Assembly: GCF_016127575.1 (NCBI RefSeq)
Contig: NZ_CP066020.1
Span: 60,001 to 92,000, forward strand
Source of the DNA: Cupriavidus necator
GTDB taxonomy: Bacteria; Pseudomonadota; Gammaproteobacteria; Burkholderiales; Burkholderiaceae
Length of the DNA: 32,000 nucleotides
Direction: 5' to 3'
Below are positions 16,733 to 26,040 of the stretch, piece after piece; the first letter of the stretch is position 1, and each line of letters starts with the position of its first letter. The position numbers were made by a program, and so were the translations under genes. The notes below the pieces were generated by a model. That model saw nothing but the letters and a program-made list of their open reading frames with translations, did not search any database and had not been told where the DNA came from.

Positions 16733-16905
16733 TACGCGCAAGAGAGAAAAAATGGACATCAGCCAGAGCCCTGCAAATACTAGAATCAGCAGACTACCGG
16801 GTGTCCATAGAGTCAGCAGAAAAAAATGGACACAACGACCGTCAGAATGTCCATTTCCAGTCGCAAGTTTCGCAGCTGATTTCGAGTGAAGATGCACGCC
16901 GCAAT

Positions 16906-17268
16906 CTAGCGTAGCTGCAAGGGCAGGACGCTACCGCCACGCAGCGCGGCCAGTTCCTTGCGCAGGCGGAACACCTGATGGAGCAGGGCAAGTTCACGAG
17001 CCAGCGATTCGTCAAGCTGTGCCTGCAGATCCTTCGCGTCGCCCTTTGCGCGGTTCAGACGCTCGGTGAGTTCGAGCTTCGGGCGCCCGGCCACTGCATT
17101 GGCCGCGTCGATCGCTGCGATCAGTTCGGTGAACTGTGGGCGCGACTTCTTGATGCTGCCCTTCTTGCGGCCCGCCTCGATCGCCACGGTGTCGTTGTTG
17201 ATACGCGCACCCTTGCGGTTCTTCAGCCGCTCAAGAGCGGCATAGTAGTCGGTCATGGCGCCGCTCAT
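16906..17268 (-). CDS. Small (120 aa) coiled-coil protein, fourth gene of the recombination module (position of GinD / Tn554 TnpC)
   Basis: MSGAMTDYYAALERLKNRKGARINNDTVAIEAGRKKGSIKK...LQAQLDESLARELALLHQVFRLRKELAALRG; the ATG overlaps the upstream gene's stop (ATGA at 17265-17268). The function is inferred from position only. Confidence 0.55.
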   Translation of the reverse strand: MSGAMTDYYAALERLKNRKGARINNDTVAIEAGRKKGSIKKSRPQFTELIAAIDAANAVAGRPKLELTERLNRAKGDAKDLQAQLDESLARELALLHQVFRLRKELAALRGGSVLPLQLR

Positions 17269-19145
17269 GCTGCCTCCGATTTGATCAGTTTCTCCTGCGC
17301 GTCAAGCAGTCGTTGCAGCGCCTGCGCCTCGATACGGTATTCGACGCTCGTCTCATCGACCGCGCGCAGCTTCGCGACCGTAACCTGCTGCGCGTTGATC
17401 ACGCGACGAAGCTTCGATGGCACGACCACGAGGTTACGGCAGTCCGATTCAAGACAATCCAGACGCATCCAGTCGAGTGGCGTCGACTTGCACTGCTCGA
17501 CACTGGCGCAGCCGCCCAGCACCGTCTCGCGGTACGCGAGCTCGCCCTTCACGAACATCCTCATCGTCTGCTCGCGTGAGTAGACCGACACAGGCGAGGC
17601 CTGCACGGCACGGCTCTGCGTCCACGCTGCGTGGCCGCCGAACAGCCGCACGTCAGAGAACAGCACCTGCTCGGCGTACGCAAGGTACTCGGACAGGCCC
17701 TGTGCCCCGGCCCATTCGTTCGCGAAGTGGGTCCTATCAGTGTCGATGAAGCCCTTCGCGAATGCCGAGCCACGAGCGTAGTACATGCTCATCTCCTGCG
17801 TGATGTGCTGCAGCTGACGTTTGAGCGTCGGCAGCGTCACCAGTCCGCTGCGGTGCGCGTATAACGCGAGCGTCCTCCGAAGCTGGTGCCGCGTGAACGG
17901 CCACTGCCGCCCGACCGCGTACTTCGGCTCGTCTTCCCACGCGCGGTGCATGTCGACACGCTTTAGTTCAGCGATGTCCTCGACCGTGATCGTCGGGAAA
18001 ACGCGCTCACGAAAGGCTTCGATATCGTTATGAACGGTACTCGCCGCCCGGTTTGCTACGTATCCCATATGCAGTCCCATCCGGCAGAACAGCAGGTGCG
18101 AACCGTCCGTCGATTCGGCGTAGCCCTGCGCGCCGTGTGCACGGTGTGCCTCTCCCGATAGCCGTTGTGCGAGCCCGACAGCACGGGCGGCGAGCGGGCT
18201 GGTCACCCAGCGTGCGCGCCTGGGACGCCCGCCCGACAGCTTGGTCGTGATGCCCTCGATGGTGTAGTGGGTTACGCCATCCAGACGGGTCTCGCTCAGG
18301 CAGTCGTATGGGAGGCTCTCTGCTTCTGTCGCACGCATGCCGGTGAACGACAGGATGACAAGCTGGCATAGCGCCCTGATCGACGCCACAAGCGACGACG
18401 CGACGTAAGGGACTGCCTTGTACCCGAAGTGTGCAGCTACCCTTACCAGTTCTGAAGGGACGGACGGACTCTCGCCGGCATACAGTCGTGCGAGGTAGTC
18501 TGACAGCACGTCGACGATCCCTTCAGCGACGCCGAGGTCATGTTCACAGGCCAACAGGAAGTGCTGGTAGATCCGCGTCGGGACGACAGGGTGTTGTGAG
18601 TTTCCAGCACGTTGCGCGAAGCGTTCGAGCAGAGGCTTGTGCAGTTGTGCCAGTGGTACGCGCAGCCCTGTGGTCCCGACGCCCAGACGGTGAAGCTTCA
18701 CCAGAACTGAATGAAGGCGCTGGGCCTTCCTCTCCATCCCGGGTTGCGCCACATAGTCGAGGACAATAGCGACGCTGGACAGCCCCTCGTAGAGAGTAAG
18801 CTCACGTTCGGCGGCAAAGAACGCGAATCCCTTCAGGCAGGCTGAGCCAGAGTTAAGCGTACTGGACGCCGGTACCGTGTCGGTCGCTTCGTGCATCAGA
18901 AAGTAGATCACCTGCTTCCACTGTCGCGTAGTCGCTTCTGAAAGGGCTCGACTTGCGCCGTCAGGCAGGTGGCCCCTGAAGTAGATATGGGTGCGCGGCC
19001 CAATCGTATATGCCCGGATGTCCCAGGCAGCGTCACTAAACAGCGAAACAGCGTTCGCAGCCTTGTCGCGCGTAGCCACTGTATCGTCCTCGACACGATA
19101 CCAGTCGGGGCGCTCAGCGATCGGCGCGATCAGCGTGTTGTTCAT
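17265..19145 (-). CDS. Large (626 aa) tyrosine recombinase, third gene of the module
   Basis: Tyrosine-recombinase signature read by eye: SFTGMRATEAESL (Arg I), FTRHQLRRTLA (H-x-x-R), LQHITQEMSMYYARG (His/Tyr). There is an ATGA overlap with the upstream gene at 19142-19145. Confidence 0.75.
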   Translation of the reverse strand: MNNTLIAPIAERPDWYRVEDDTVATRDKAANAVSLFSDAAWDIRAYTIGPRTHIYFRGHLPDGASRALSEATTRQWKQVIYFLMHEATDTVPASSTLNSGSACLKGFAFFAAERELTLYEGLSSVAIVLDYVAQPGMERKAQRLHSVLVKLHRLGVGTTGLRVPLAQLHKPLLERFAQRAGNSQHPVVPTRIYQHFLLACEHDLGVAEGIVDVLSDYLARLYAGESPSVPSELVRVAAHFGYKAVPYVASSLVASIRALCQLVILSFTGMRATEAESLPYDCLSETRLDGVTHYTIEGITTKLSGGRPRRARWVTSPLAARAVGLAQRLSGEAHRAHGAQGYAESTDGSHLLFCRMGLHMGYVANRAASTVHNDIEAFRERVFPTITVEDIAELKRVDMHRAWEDEPKYAVGRQWPFTRHQLRRTLALYAHRSGLVTLPTLKRQLQHITQEMSMYYARGSAFAKGFIDTDRTHFANEWAGAQGLSEYLAYAEQVLFSDVRLFGGHAAWTQSRAVQASPVSVYSREQTMRMFVKGELAYRETVLGGCASVEQCKSTPLDWMRLDCLESDCRNLVVVPSKLRRVINAQQVTVAKLRAVDETSVEYRIEAQALQRLLDAQEKLIKSEAA

Positions 19146-21022
19146 GCCACCCCCAATTCGTAAAGCTGGTCGAGCTTGGCCGACCAGAAAGCGTCCAGAT
19201 TCCCATCGACATCAACGTCCTGCTCGATCTGATCGACCAGCGCGGCGTCGCGCTTACGCAGTTCATCCAGCAGGAAGTCAATGCGGCGCAGCACCGCGCC
19301 GAACGAACTGTCGTATTGCTCGATCGAGTCGGCACGTCCGCTCACGAGCCTGACGCAATGACGGCAGCCCAGCAGCTTGTGGATGTCGGCGGCGTCAGCG
19401 TGCACGCGATACTGGTCGCAGAAGAGACATCCTTCGGTCGAGCGGCAGTCCGGCTTCACGGTGGCTGAAGCGGCGATCGGCACTGGCTTGCGGAATTCGA
19501 TGCAGACGCCCACCGCGCTCCTGATGCTGCCAGCCGGGTCGTCGCCGGTCTTCAGCACAGCCTTCTCGACCGAAGCGAGGAACACGCCCATCTCAGCCTT
19601 GTGCGCGGCGTCCGTGCCGTTCGAGTACGAACGCAACGCTGTTTCCACCGAGTGCCCCATCAGCCTGGCTGCGATGACAGGGCCGTGGTTACTTACCGCC
19701 CAATCCTGCTTTGCCGCACGCCACTGACGTGCGCTAATGCGCGGCAGCACGATCCCGAGCGTGTCGAGTCGATCATAAAGAAGGGTCAGAAATTGGGTTG
19801 GGAGAGGCATGGGCCGTCGTCGCTGCGGGCTATGTCCGACTACGATGAACAACGCGTCGCAGCCTGCGTCCTGCACCAGATACTCGCGCAATGCGAGATA
19901 CGCCTTGAGCTTCGGCATGAAGCCCAGCGAGACGGTGAACGTAATCTCTTTAGCCCCTGCACGATACTTGACCTCGCGAAACTTCTGACGCACAACCGAC
20001 GCATCCTGCAGGCTCGCGGCAAGCTCCAGACTCCACTTCATGGCCAGCAGCTGTGCGAGGTTGACGCCCGTTTCGGCCAGAAACAGCGCGGCAAAGCAAA
20101 AGACGGCCATCGAAGCGTGTGAGCGCCGGATCTCTGACTGCGCGTCCTCGTTCGCCGCCGCAAGATGTTTAGCCGCACTTCTGGCGATGTCCCCCGAACG
20201 CTTAGAAGGGTTCTTGGCTTCAGCCTCAGCCATGCGCATCGTGAGTTCTTCCCGGGTGCGCGGCTCTCCCGTTTCCAGATTCCAGCCAGCCAGGCCGTGA
20301 GAGCCGTCGCCTCCGCGACGATGGTGTCTGCGCGGAACAAGGCAAAGACTCTCACCGCGCGCTGTGGTCACGTGTACCGGGTACGGCTTGAAGTCGAGCA
20401 CCAGCGTGCTGATACCGCTGAAGAGCGCGTCAGCCCACGCGAGCAGGGTGGCCTGGGCTTCGGCGTCAGGCACCGCCGTCGGCACCGAAGCATCCCGTTG
20501 GCGGCCCAGCACCCTCGCGTCGGCGCAGAAGTCGTCGTTTCGGAATAACTCACGTAGCATCGACAACAGACGGCGCTGACTGATGTCGACGGAATTGCGC
20601 TTCAGGTTGCCCAGCGAGACCTGTTCGCGCCTCTCACGGAAGTAGCGATGAACCGCTTCCGCCGTAGTCTTCTCGTCACAGAGCACCTGATGCAAGCCCT
20701 GCCTGTCGGCCCAGTTAACGAACTCAAGCACGACGCGCAAAGCACCGTCGACCGTCCTTGGACGCATCGCGCCAAGGGTCATGCGCCCGGAAAGCTGCGT
20801 CACCAGCAGGCGTACGACCCTGGCGCGTTCACTGCTGAAGCTTGTGGGGTCGAAAGTGCGTCGCGTACACCGCAGGCTCGACGCGTCACGCTTCAAGTAG
20901 CAAATCTGCCCGATATCGGAACGTCCGCTCATGCCTTCCCACCTGAGCAGCGCGCGCTCGGGATGTAGCAGTGTTGTACCCTCCGCGAGCGGCATGCGCA
21001 CTTCTTCGTACTGGCGGCTCAT
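19142..21022 (-). CDS. Large (626 aa) tyrosine-recombinase-like protein, second gene of the module
   Basis: The C-terminal region has SARQWRAAKQDW and LMGHSVETALRSYSNG (His/Tyr box). The box-I-like segment reads LAETGVNLAQLLAMKW, with Asn where Arg I is expected. There is an ATGA overlap with the upstream gene remnant at 21019-21022. Confidence 0.65.
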   Translation of the reverse strand: MSRQYEEVRMPLAEGTTLLHPERALLRWEGMSGRSDIGQICYLKRDASSLRCTRRTFDPTSFSSERARVVRLLVTQLSGRMTLGAMRPRTVDGALRVVLEFVNWADRQGLHQVLCDEKTTAEAVHRYFRERREQVSLGNLKRNSVDISQRRLLSMLRELFRNDDFCADARVLGRQRDASVPTAVPDAEAQATLLAWADALFSGISTLVLDFKPYPVHVTTARGESLCLVPRRHHRRGGDGSHGLAGWNLETGEPRTREELTMRMAEAEAKNPSKRSGDIARSAAKHLAAANEDAQSEIRRSHASMAVFCFAALFLAETGVNLAQLLAMKWSLELAASLQDASVVRQKFREVKYRAGAKEITFTVSLGFMPKLKAYLALREYLVQDAGCDALFIVVGHSPQRRRPMPLPTQFLTLLYDRLDTLGIVLPRISARQWRAAKQDWAVSNHGPVIAARLMGHSVETALRSYSNGTDAAHKAEMGVFLASVEKAVLKTGDDPAGSIRSAVGVCIEFRKPVPIAASATVKPDCRSTEGCLFCDQYRVHADAADIHKLLGCRHCVRLVSGRADSIEQYDSSFGAVLRRIDFLLDELRKRDAALVDQIEQDVDVDGNLDAFWSAKLDQLYELGVA

Positions 21023-21133
21023 GCAGCCACCGCCGTGTCAAGGGTGCGCGCGACCAGCGTCGACAGGTGCACGCCCCAGCCATCCTGGACAGCGTCGAAC
21101 AGCTTGCAATTCTCGCGGTAACCGAGGTAGCGC
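21019..21133 (-). pseudogene. C-terminal remnant of the first module recombinase (…RY LGYRENCKLFDAVQDGWGVHLSTLVARTLDTAVAA*)
   Basis: My translation of the minus strand is in frame with the stop at 21019-21021, which overlaps the next gene's ATG. It resumes at GCGCTA|C, the same core at which the N-terminal part breaks at 24686-24691. Confidence 0.65.
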
Positions 21134-21157
21134 AAATGTGCTGCAGCACATTTGCGC
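21130..21157. repeat. Perfect 28-bp palindrome at the RIT5 ritA-side junction
   Basis: GCGCAAATGTGCTGCAGCACATTTGCGC; both arms end in the GCGC(TA) core. Confidence 0.9.
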
Positions 21158-21298
21158 TATTACCGGCCGTAGATCTTTATGTAGAGTAGCAACGTCAAAC
21201 GCTTCGTGAAGCAAGGCGTCTTGTTTGAACTACTGCACATAAAGTTTCATGATGGGCTCCTGGCGGCCATCGGGATCGCCTTTGTGAGGAGTTCGATC

Positions 21299-22561
21299 AT
21301 GGAGAAGTCAACCCGTCAAGTTTCAAGCCACCTGCCGTTGCAGCAGTTCGTCGCTGGCGCCGTGAGCGAGCTGGAGAGGCTAGGCTACAGCAGGAAATCG
21401 CTTTGGCGCTATCGCGTCGCCTGGCGTCATCTCATTGAGTTTTGTCATGAGATGAGCCTGGGCGATAAGTACTCCCTGGAGCTGGCGAAACGGTTTTGCT
21501 CTACGTATCAAGTTCGTGCTGACGAATGCCTGAACTCTGGCCAGGGGTGGCGGCGGAATATCGTGTTTGCCCTCAAGGTTCTCGATGGCTTTGCGCATGA
21601 GGGGCATATTGTGCGCACCGTCACCGATATCAAGACGATACAAGTTCCCGAACCCATGAGCACGGCATTGCGCGACTATGAACTGTACTGCCGGGATCGC
21701 CGTCATCTTCGTACAACGACCCTTCGCGCGCGGATGCGGGTGATAGCGTTATTCGCGGATTTCCTTGGTTCAAGGAACATCACGTTTTTTGATCAGGTGC
21801 AGCCGGCCGATCTCTGCGCATTTGTGACCGCGCAACATCGTCTGTCGGCGAAGTCAGTCTCGCGCATCGTTTCCGATGTGCGTTGCTTTCTGCGCTTTCT
21901 TCTCATGCGAGGAATTCTGCAGCAGGATCTCAGCCATGTATTGCCGGTGGTCCACGTTCCACGCGATGCGACTATTCCATCGGTCTGGGACCCGGAAGTC
22001 CTGACCAAGCTGCTCGAAGCCGTTGATAGAACCTCACCCAAAGGCAAGCGCGATTACGCCATCTTTCTGCTTGCCTGTCGCCTCGGATTGAGAGTGGGCG
22101 ATATTCGCGCACTCTCCCTCGACGATCTGAAGTGGGAAACGGCCACAATAGAGGTTAGGCAGTCGAAGACCCTCACACCTCTTTGTTTGCCATTGACGGA
22201 GGAAGTTGGCGAAGCGCTGATTGACTATCTGAGATCGGGCCGTCCTCAATCGGATCATCGAGAAGTGTTCCTCACGTTGAACGCTCCCTTCCTACCCTTC
22301 CGCGAGGCCGACAGCCTATATTGGATCGTCCGTCATTGGAAGGCCATCGCGGGGATTCACTTCAGGACTCCACAACGCCATGGTTTGCACTCTCTACGCC
22401 ACACACTCGCGACACGATTGCTCCATGAACAGACGCCGTTTCAAGTCATCAGCGACATCCTGGGGCATGCGACGACAGCCTCGACGTTGATCTACGCGAA
22501 GACCGACGTGGAAACCCTGCGCACTGCCGCGTTGAACACCGAGAAGATGCGCCATGTCTAG
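21299..22561 (+). CDS. ritA: RitA-type tyrosine recombinase (RIT5)
   Basis: MEKSTRQVSSHLPLQQFVAGAVSELERLGYS...; motifs ACRLGLRVGD, HSLRH and LGHATTASTLIYAKT. A GAGGA RBS lies upstream of the ATG at 21299; the track ORF starts at a GTG at 21206. Confidence 0.85.
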   Translation: MEKSTRQVSSHLPLQQFVAGAVSELERLGYSRKSLWRYRVAWRHLIEFCHEMSLGDKYSLELAKRFCSTYQVRADECLNSGQGWRRNIVFALKVLDGFAHEGHIVRTVTDIKTIQVPEPMSTALRDYELYCRDRRHLRTTTLRARMRVIALFADFLGSRNITFFDQVQPADLCAFVTAQHRLSAKSVSRIVSDVRCFLRFLLMRGILQQDLSHVLPVVHVPRDATIPSVWDPEVLTKLLEAVDRTSPKGKRDYAIFLLACRLGLRVGDIRALSLDDLKWETATIEVRQSKTLTPLCLPLTEEVGEALIDYLRSGRPQSDHREVFLTLNAPFLPFREADSLYWIVRHWKAIAGIHFRTPQRHGLHSLRHTLATRLLHEQTPFQVISDILGHATTASTLIYAKTDVETLRTAALNTEKMRHV

Positions 22562-23537
22562 TAGCAAATTCAAGGGGCATTTCCAGAGCGCTGTCGGCCC
22601 ACTCATGGAACAGTTCGTCCAGGAGAAACAGGCCTGTGGGTACCGATATAATGCGCAAGCCCGCTTGCTGGCATGCTTTGACCGCTTCCTGAGCGATGAA
22701 GCGCTATCGGCATGCGAGCTACCGCGCTCAATCAGCCGAAAGTGGACCGCCAAGCGGCCCCACGAGAGCAAGAGCACCCACGATCAGCGTATCGGCGCAG
22801 TTCGCCAATTTGCCCTGTTCATGTGCCGGCTGGGGTATGCCGCTGATGTGCCGGATCGGTCCCTGACGGCAAGGCGTACGAGCAGCTTCTCTCCGCGCAT
22901 CCTGACCCACGCTGAGATTCAGCGGCTGTTCCGCGCGGCTGACCAGCTCACGCCGACCGCACTTTCGCCAATGCGGCATCTCGTTATGCCGGAAGTATTG
23001 CGACTACTGTATGGCTGCGGCCTGAGGGTGGGCGAGGTGCTTCACCTGCGCGTGGCCGATGTGGACCTCGAACGGGGAATCCTGACGGTGCGTGATGGCA
23101 AATTTCGAAAGGACAGGCTCGTGCCACCAGCCTTGCCCCTGGTACAGCGCCTTCGAGTCTACGCACAAGTCATGGGCGATCGCCCGTCCGATGCCTACTT
23201 CTTCCCTTCGCCATCAGACGGCCCGTTGAGCCACTCGTCCATCTACTGGCTGTACCGGGAGCTGCTGTTGCGCTCTGGGATCCCGCACGCCGGTAGAGGC
23301 AAGGGTCCGCGCGTACATGATCTACGCCACGCGTATGCCGTGCATGCGTTGCTTCGGTGGTGCCAGGATGGAGCTGACCTCGATGCGAAGCTCCCGGTAC
23401 TGGCGACCTACATGGGACATCAGTCCCTAGCCGGAACGCAGCGCTACCTGCATCTGATTGCCGAACTGTTTCCGGAGATCACGGCACGTACCGGCGCCGC
23501 CTTTGGTGATGTCATCCCGCGGAGGAACGGATCATGA
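22554..23537 (+). CDS. ritB: RitB-type tyrosine recombinase (RIT5)
   Basis: MSSSKFKGHFQSAVGPLMEQFVQEKQACGYRYN...; motifs CGLRVGE, DGKFRKDRLVPP, HDLRH and MGHQSLAGTQRYLH. It has an 8-nt overlap with ritA5. Confidence 0.85.
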   Translation: MSSSKFKGHFQSAVGPLMEQFVQEKQACGYRYNAQARLLACFDRFLSDEALSACELPRSISRKWTAKRPHESKSTHDQRIGAVRQFALFMCRLGYAADVPDRSLTARRTSSFSPRILTHAEIQRLFRAADQLTPTALSPMRHLVMPEVLRLLYGCGLRVGEVLHLRVADVDLERGILTVRDGKFRKDRLVPPALPLVQRLRVYAQVMGDRPSDAYFFPSPSDGPLSHSSIYWLYRELLLRSGIPHAGRGKGPRVHDLRHAYAVHALLRWCQDGADLDAKLPVLATYMGHQSLAGTQRYLHLIAELFPEITARTGAAFGDVIPRRNGS

Positions 23538-24544
23538 AACCGACGGATTTCTCCATGCTCGTGACCAGCTTCCTGACGCACCATCTGGCCGCACAGCGCA
23601 ACCTGAGCCCCAACACGATCAAGGCCTATCGCGACGTGTTCACCCTGCTGCTGCGATACTGTCGTGACGTGCGGGGAATCGCACTGGAGCGTCTGTCTCT
23701 GGCACAGATCGACGTAGGCCTGGTCGAGGCATTCCTTGATCACCTGGCCAACGACCGGCATGTTTCGGTCAGCACGCAGAATCATCGCCTCGCGGCATTG
23801 CACGCGTTCTTCCGCTACGTACAGTCGGAAGTACCCGAGCGCCTGCTGCAGTGTCAGCAGGTCCTCGCGATTCCGCTGCGGCGACAGCCGCGCGCCAGCG
23901 TCGGTTATCTCCCCAAGGAATACCTTGCACAGCTTCTCGCACAACCGGACCTGCGTACGTCTGAGGGCTGCCGCGATGCAGTGATGTTGAGCGTACTCTA
24001 TGACACCGGCGCCCGGGTACAGGAGTTGATTGACCTGAACGCCGGGGACGTGCGGCTGGATCCTCCAGCGCAGGTGCGGCTCATGGGAAAGGGTCGAAAG
24101 CCGCGCGCCGTGCCCTTGATGGACTCGACAGTCGAACTGCTGCTCCAGTATCGACGCGATAATCACCTCGATCGTCCTGAATACGCCGACAAGCCACTCT
24201 TCCAGAACCGGCAAGGTACACGGTTATCGCGCTCGGGTGTTCGCTATCTCCTGCAAAAGTATGTGATTCCCGTACGGCGAAGTCACCCCGACTTCACGCA
24301 GCGGGTAAGTCCTCACAGTTTGAGGCACACCAAGGGAATGCACCTGCTGCAGAGTGGCGTACCGCTCGAGATCATCCGCGACTTCCTCGGTCACGTCGAT
24401 GTGAAGACAACCGAGATTTATGCTCGCGCAAATCTTGAGATGAAGCGCAAGGCCCTCGAAAAAGCCACCGACGGTGCGTCGCTTCCAAAGATCCCGTCCT
24501 GGCAGCAGAACAAAGCGCTTCTCGAGTGGCTGCATTCACTGTAG
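23534..24544 (+). CDS. ritC: RitC-type tyrosine recombinase (RIT5)
   Basis: MKPTDFSMLVTSFLTHHLAAQRNLSPNTIKAYRDVF...; motifs TGARVQE, GKGRKPRAVPL, HSLRH and LGHVDVKTTEIYARA. There is an ATGA overlap with ritB5. Confidence 0.85.
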   Translation: MKPTDFSMLVTSFLTHHLAAQRNLSPNTIKAYRDVFTLLLRYCRDVRGIALERLSLAQIDVGLVEAFLDHLANDRHVSVSTQNHRLAALHAFFRYVQSEVPERLLQCQQVLAIPLRRQPRASVGYLPKEYLAQLLAQPDLRTSEGCRDAVMLSVLYDTGARVQELIDLNAGDVRLDPPAQVRLMGKGRKPRAVPLMDSTVELLLQYRRDNHLDRPEYADKPLFQNRQGTRLSRSGVRYLLQKYVIPVRRSHPDFTQRVSPHSLRHTKGMHLLQSGVPLEIIRDFLGHVDVKTTEIYARANLEMKRKALEKATDGASLPKIPSWQQNKALLEWLHSL

Positions 24545-24685
24545 GACTGCGGAGGTTGCGCACGCTGTTTGTTGGCTGCGGGCCTCCCCATCTTGCCCAA
24601 CTTTTATGTAGAGTTTCTACGAGCGGAGACCTTTGCTATCGCGGGGCTGGATCCGATACTGCACATAAAAACTTTCGGCCGGTAA

Positions 24686-26040
24686 TAGCGCTCGGTCGTA
24701 GACGGTTGTACGTGCCACATCAACTGCCGCAACTGATCGAGCGCCCGCGTGTACTTCGTCTCATTCGCTGTCATCGTGTCGACCATGTTCAGCCCGTAGG
24801 TCGCGCGCAGATCGTGGAAACTGAACTCGTACCTGGGGTTGCCAAGCTGCACGCGCATCATGGGTAACAGTTCGTCCCTGATGAACTGGCGCACGGCCTG
24901 CCCTGTCTTGACGTGGCGGCGTACCTGCGGGCCAGTGCTGACCGGGCGGCGCGACGCGCGATCCTCGTAGAGCGGCGCACCGCGATAGCTGAGAAAGAGC
25001 GGCTGGACGGGATGATCGCCGCCGTCTGCCAGCTGGCGACGCTTGCGCGCGCGATCGCTGTGCACATAGGTGTAGAGCCGTTCATAGAAACTGCGCGGCA
25101 GGTGCAGCACGCCCTTGACCCCGCCCTTCGTGTCGATGCCCGTACCCGGCCCGCAGGCGAGACGGATGTCGTCGCCGTGAAACTCGCCCGGTTTGCGCAT
25201 CACGTGTCTCGCGCGCACGGTCAGTACCGTCTGAATGCGAGCGCCCGTCAACAGCGCGAACAGATGAACGAGCGTCATCTCGGTATTGCCGAGAGTGGCC
25301 AACGATTCAAGCAGCACCGACTGCTCGGCAGAGGGCAGCGGGCGCAAGCGACCACCGTCCTGGATGTGATCGTCCCACGGGTCATCTGCGCGCCGGCCAC
25401 TGATCGACAGGTCGGTGGTCTTGACCTCGATCGCGCGGCTGAAGCCCTTATGGTCTCTGAACTCGATGAAGCGGCCAGATTCGGCCCACGGCGCGTTCGC
25501 GGGCCTGAAGCCTGCCTCGGTCATGAGCCAGCGATAAAAGCGCACTACGGCGCCCATACGACGCCTGGCGACGCCCGGAGACAGTTCGCCTGCCTGCACG
25601 GCCAGCCTGATCGAGGCACTGTAGCGGTAGGTTGGACGTTGCCGCTTGTTCGCGGGAAATGCCAGCCAGTCAACGCCCTCGTTATCCAGATAACGACGGA
25701 ACGCCACCAGGTCGTCAGCAATGCTGGCGAACGTCAGCATGTTGGGCGACGGCTTCGACTCAATCATGTCGATGAGCCACAGGTTCGCCTCAGCCCACGG
25801 TGCGCCGTCAGCGAGCCGGACAACAGGAAAGAGAGGAAAGGTGCCTGTGATCCACTGCGGGCGGTCGTCGCGCCGCTTGCCGGTGTCAGGGTCTGCGAGT
25901 GGGACCGTGTGATAGATCGTGCCGCCCTCGGGCGTGGTAATGCTGACCGGCGTCGCGCCGGATGTGTTGCGGTCAACGACCTCGGTCAACGGCAGATGCC
26001 GGATGGTCGTTCGTCTTGCTGTCATCGCCCAGATCCTCAT
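24686..26040 (-). pseudogene. First module tyrosine recombinase, truncated inside the catalytic Tyr codon by RIT5
   Basis: Motifs LLTGARIQTVLTV (Arg I), FHDLRATYG (H-x-x-R) and MWHVQPSTTERY (His/Tyr). After ...TTERY the frame runs into the RIT5 terminal IR (YRPKVFMCSIG...*). ATG at 26040 or 26025. Confidence 0.75.

Larger units (their letters stand above)
21134..24685 (+). mobile_element. RIT5: recombinase-in-trio element, all three genes intact
   Basis: The ends share GCGCTATTACCGGCCG (21154-21169; reverse complement of 24676-24691), which is the 6-bp core GCGCTA plus the IR. Each end has the inverted pair CTTTATGTAGAG / CTGCACATAAAG (21175-21186 and 21233-21244; 24601-24613 and 24659-24670). 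Gene order is ritA-ritB-ritC with overlapping stops and starts. Confidence 0.85.

Noticed and set aside
1736-24691. Whether the recurring short repeats (ACTATxxCG units, palindromes) could be a CRISPR array or REP/BIME-type repeats.
   Set aside because: They are not regularly spaced direct repeats with unique spacers. They occur only at RIT element termini and junctions and differ between RIT families.
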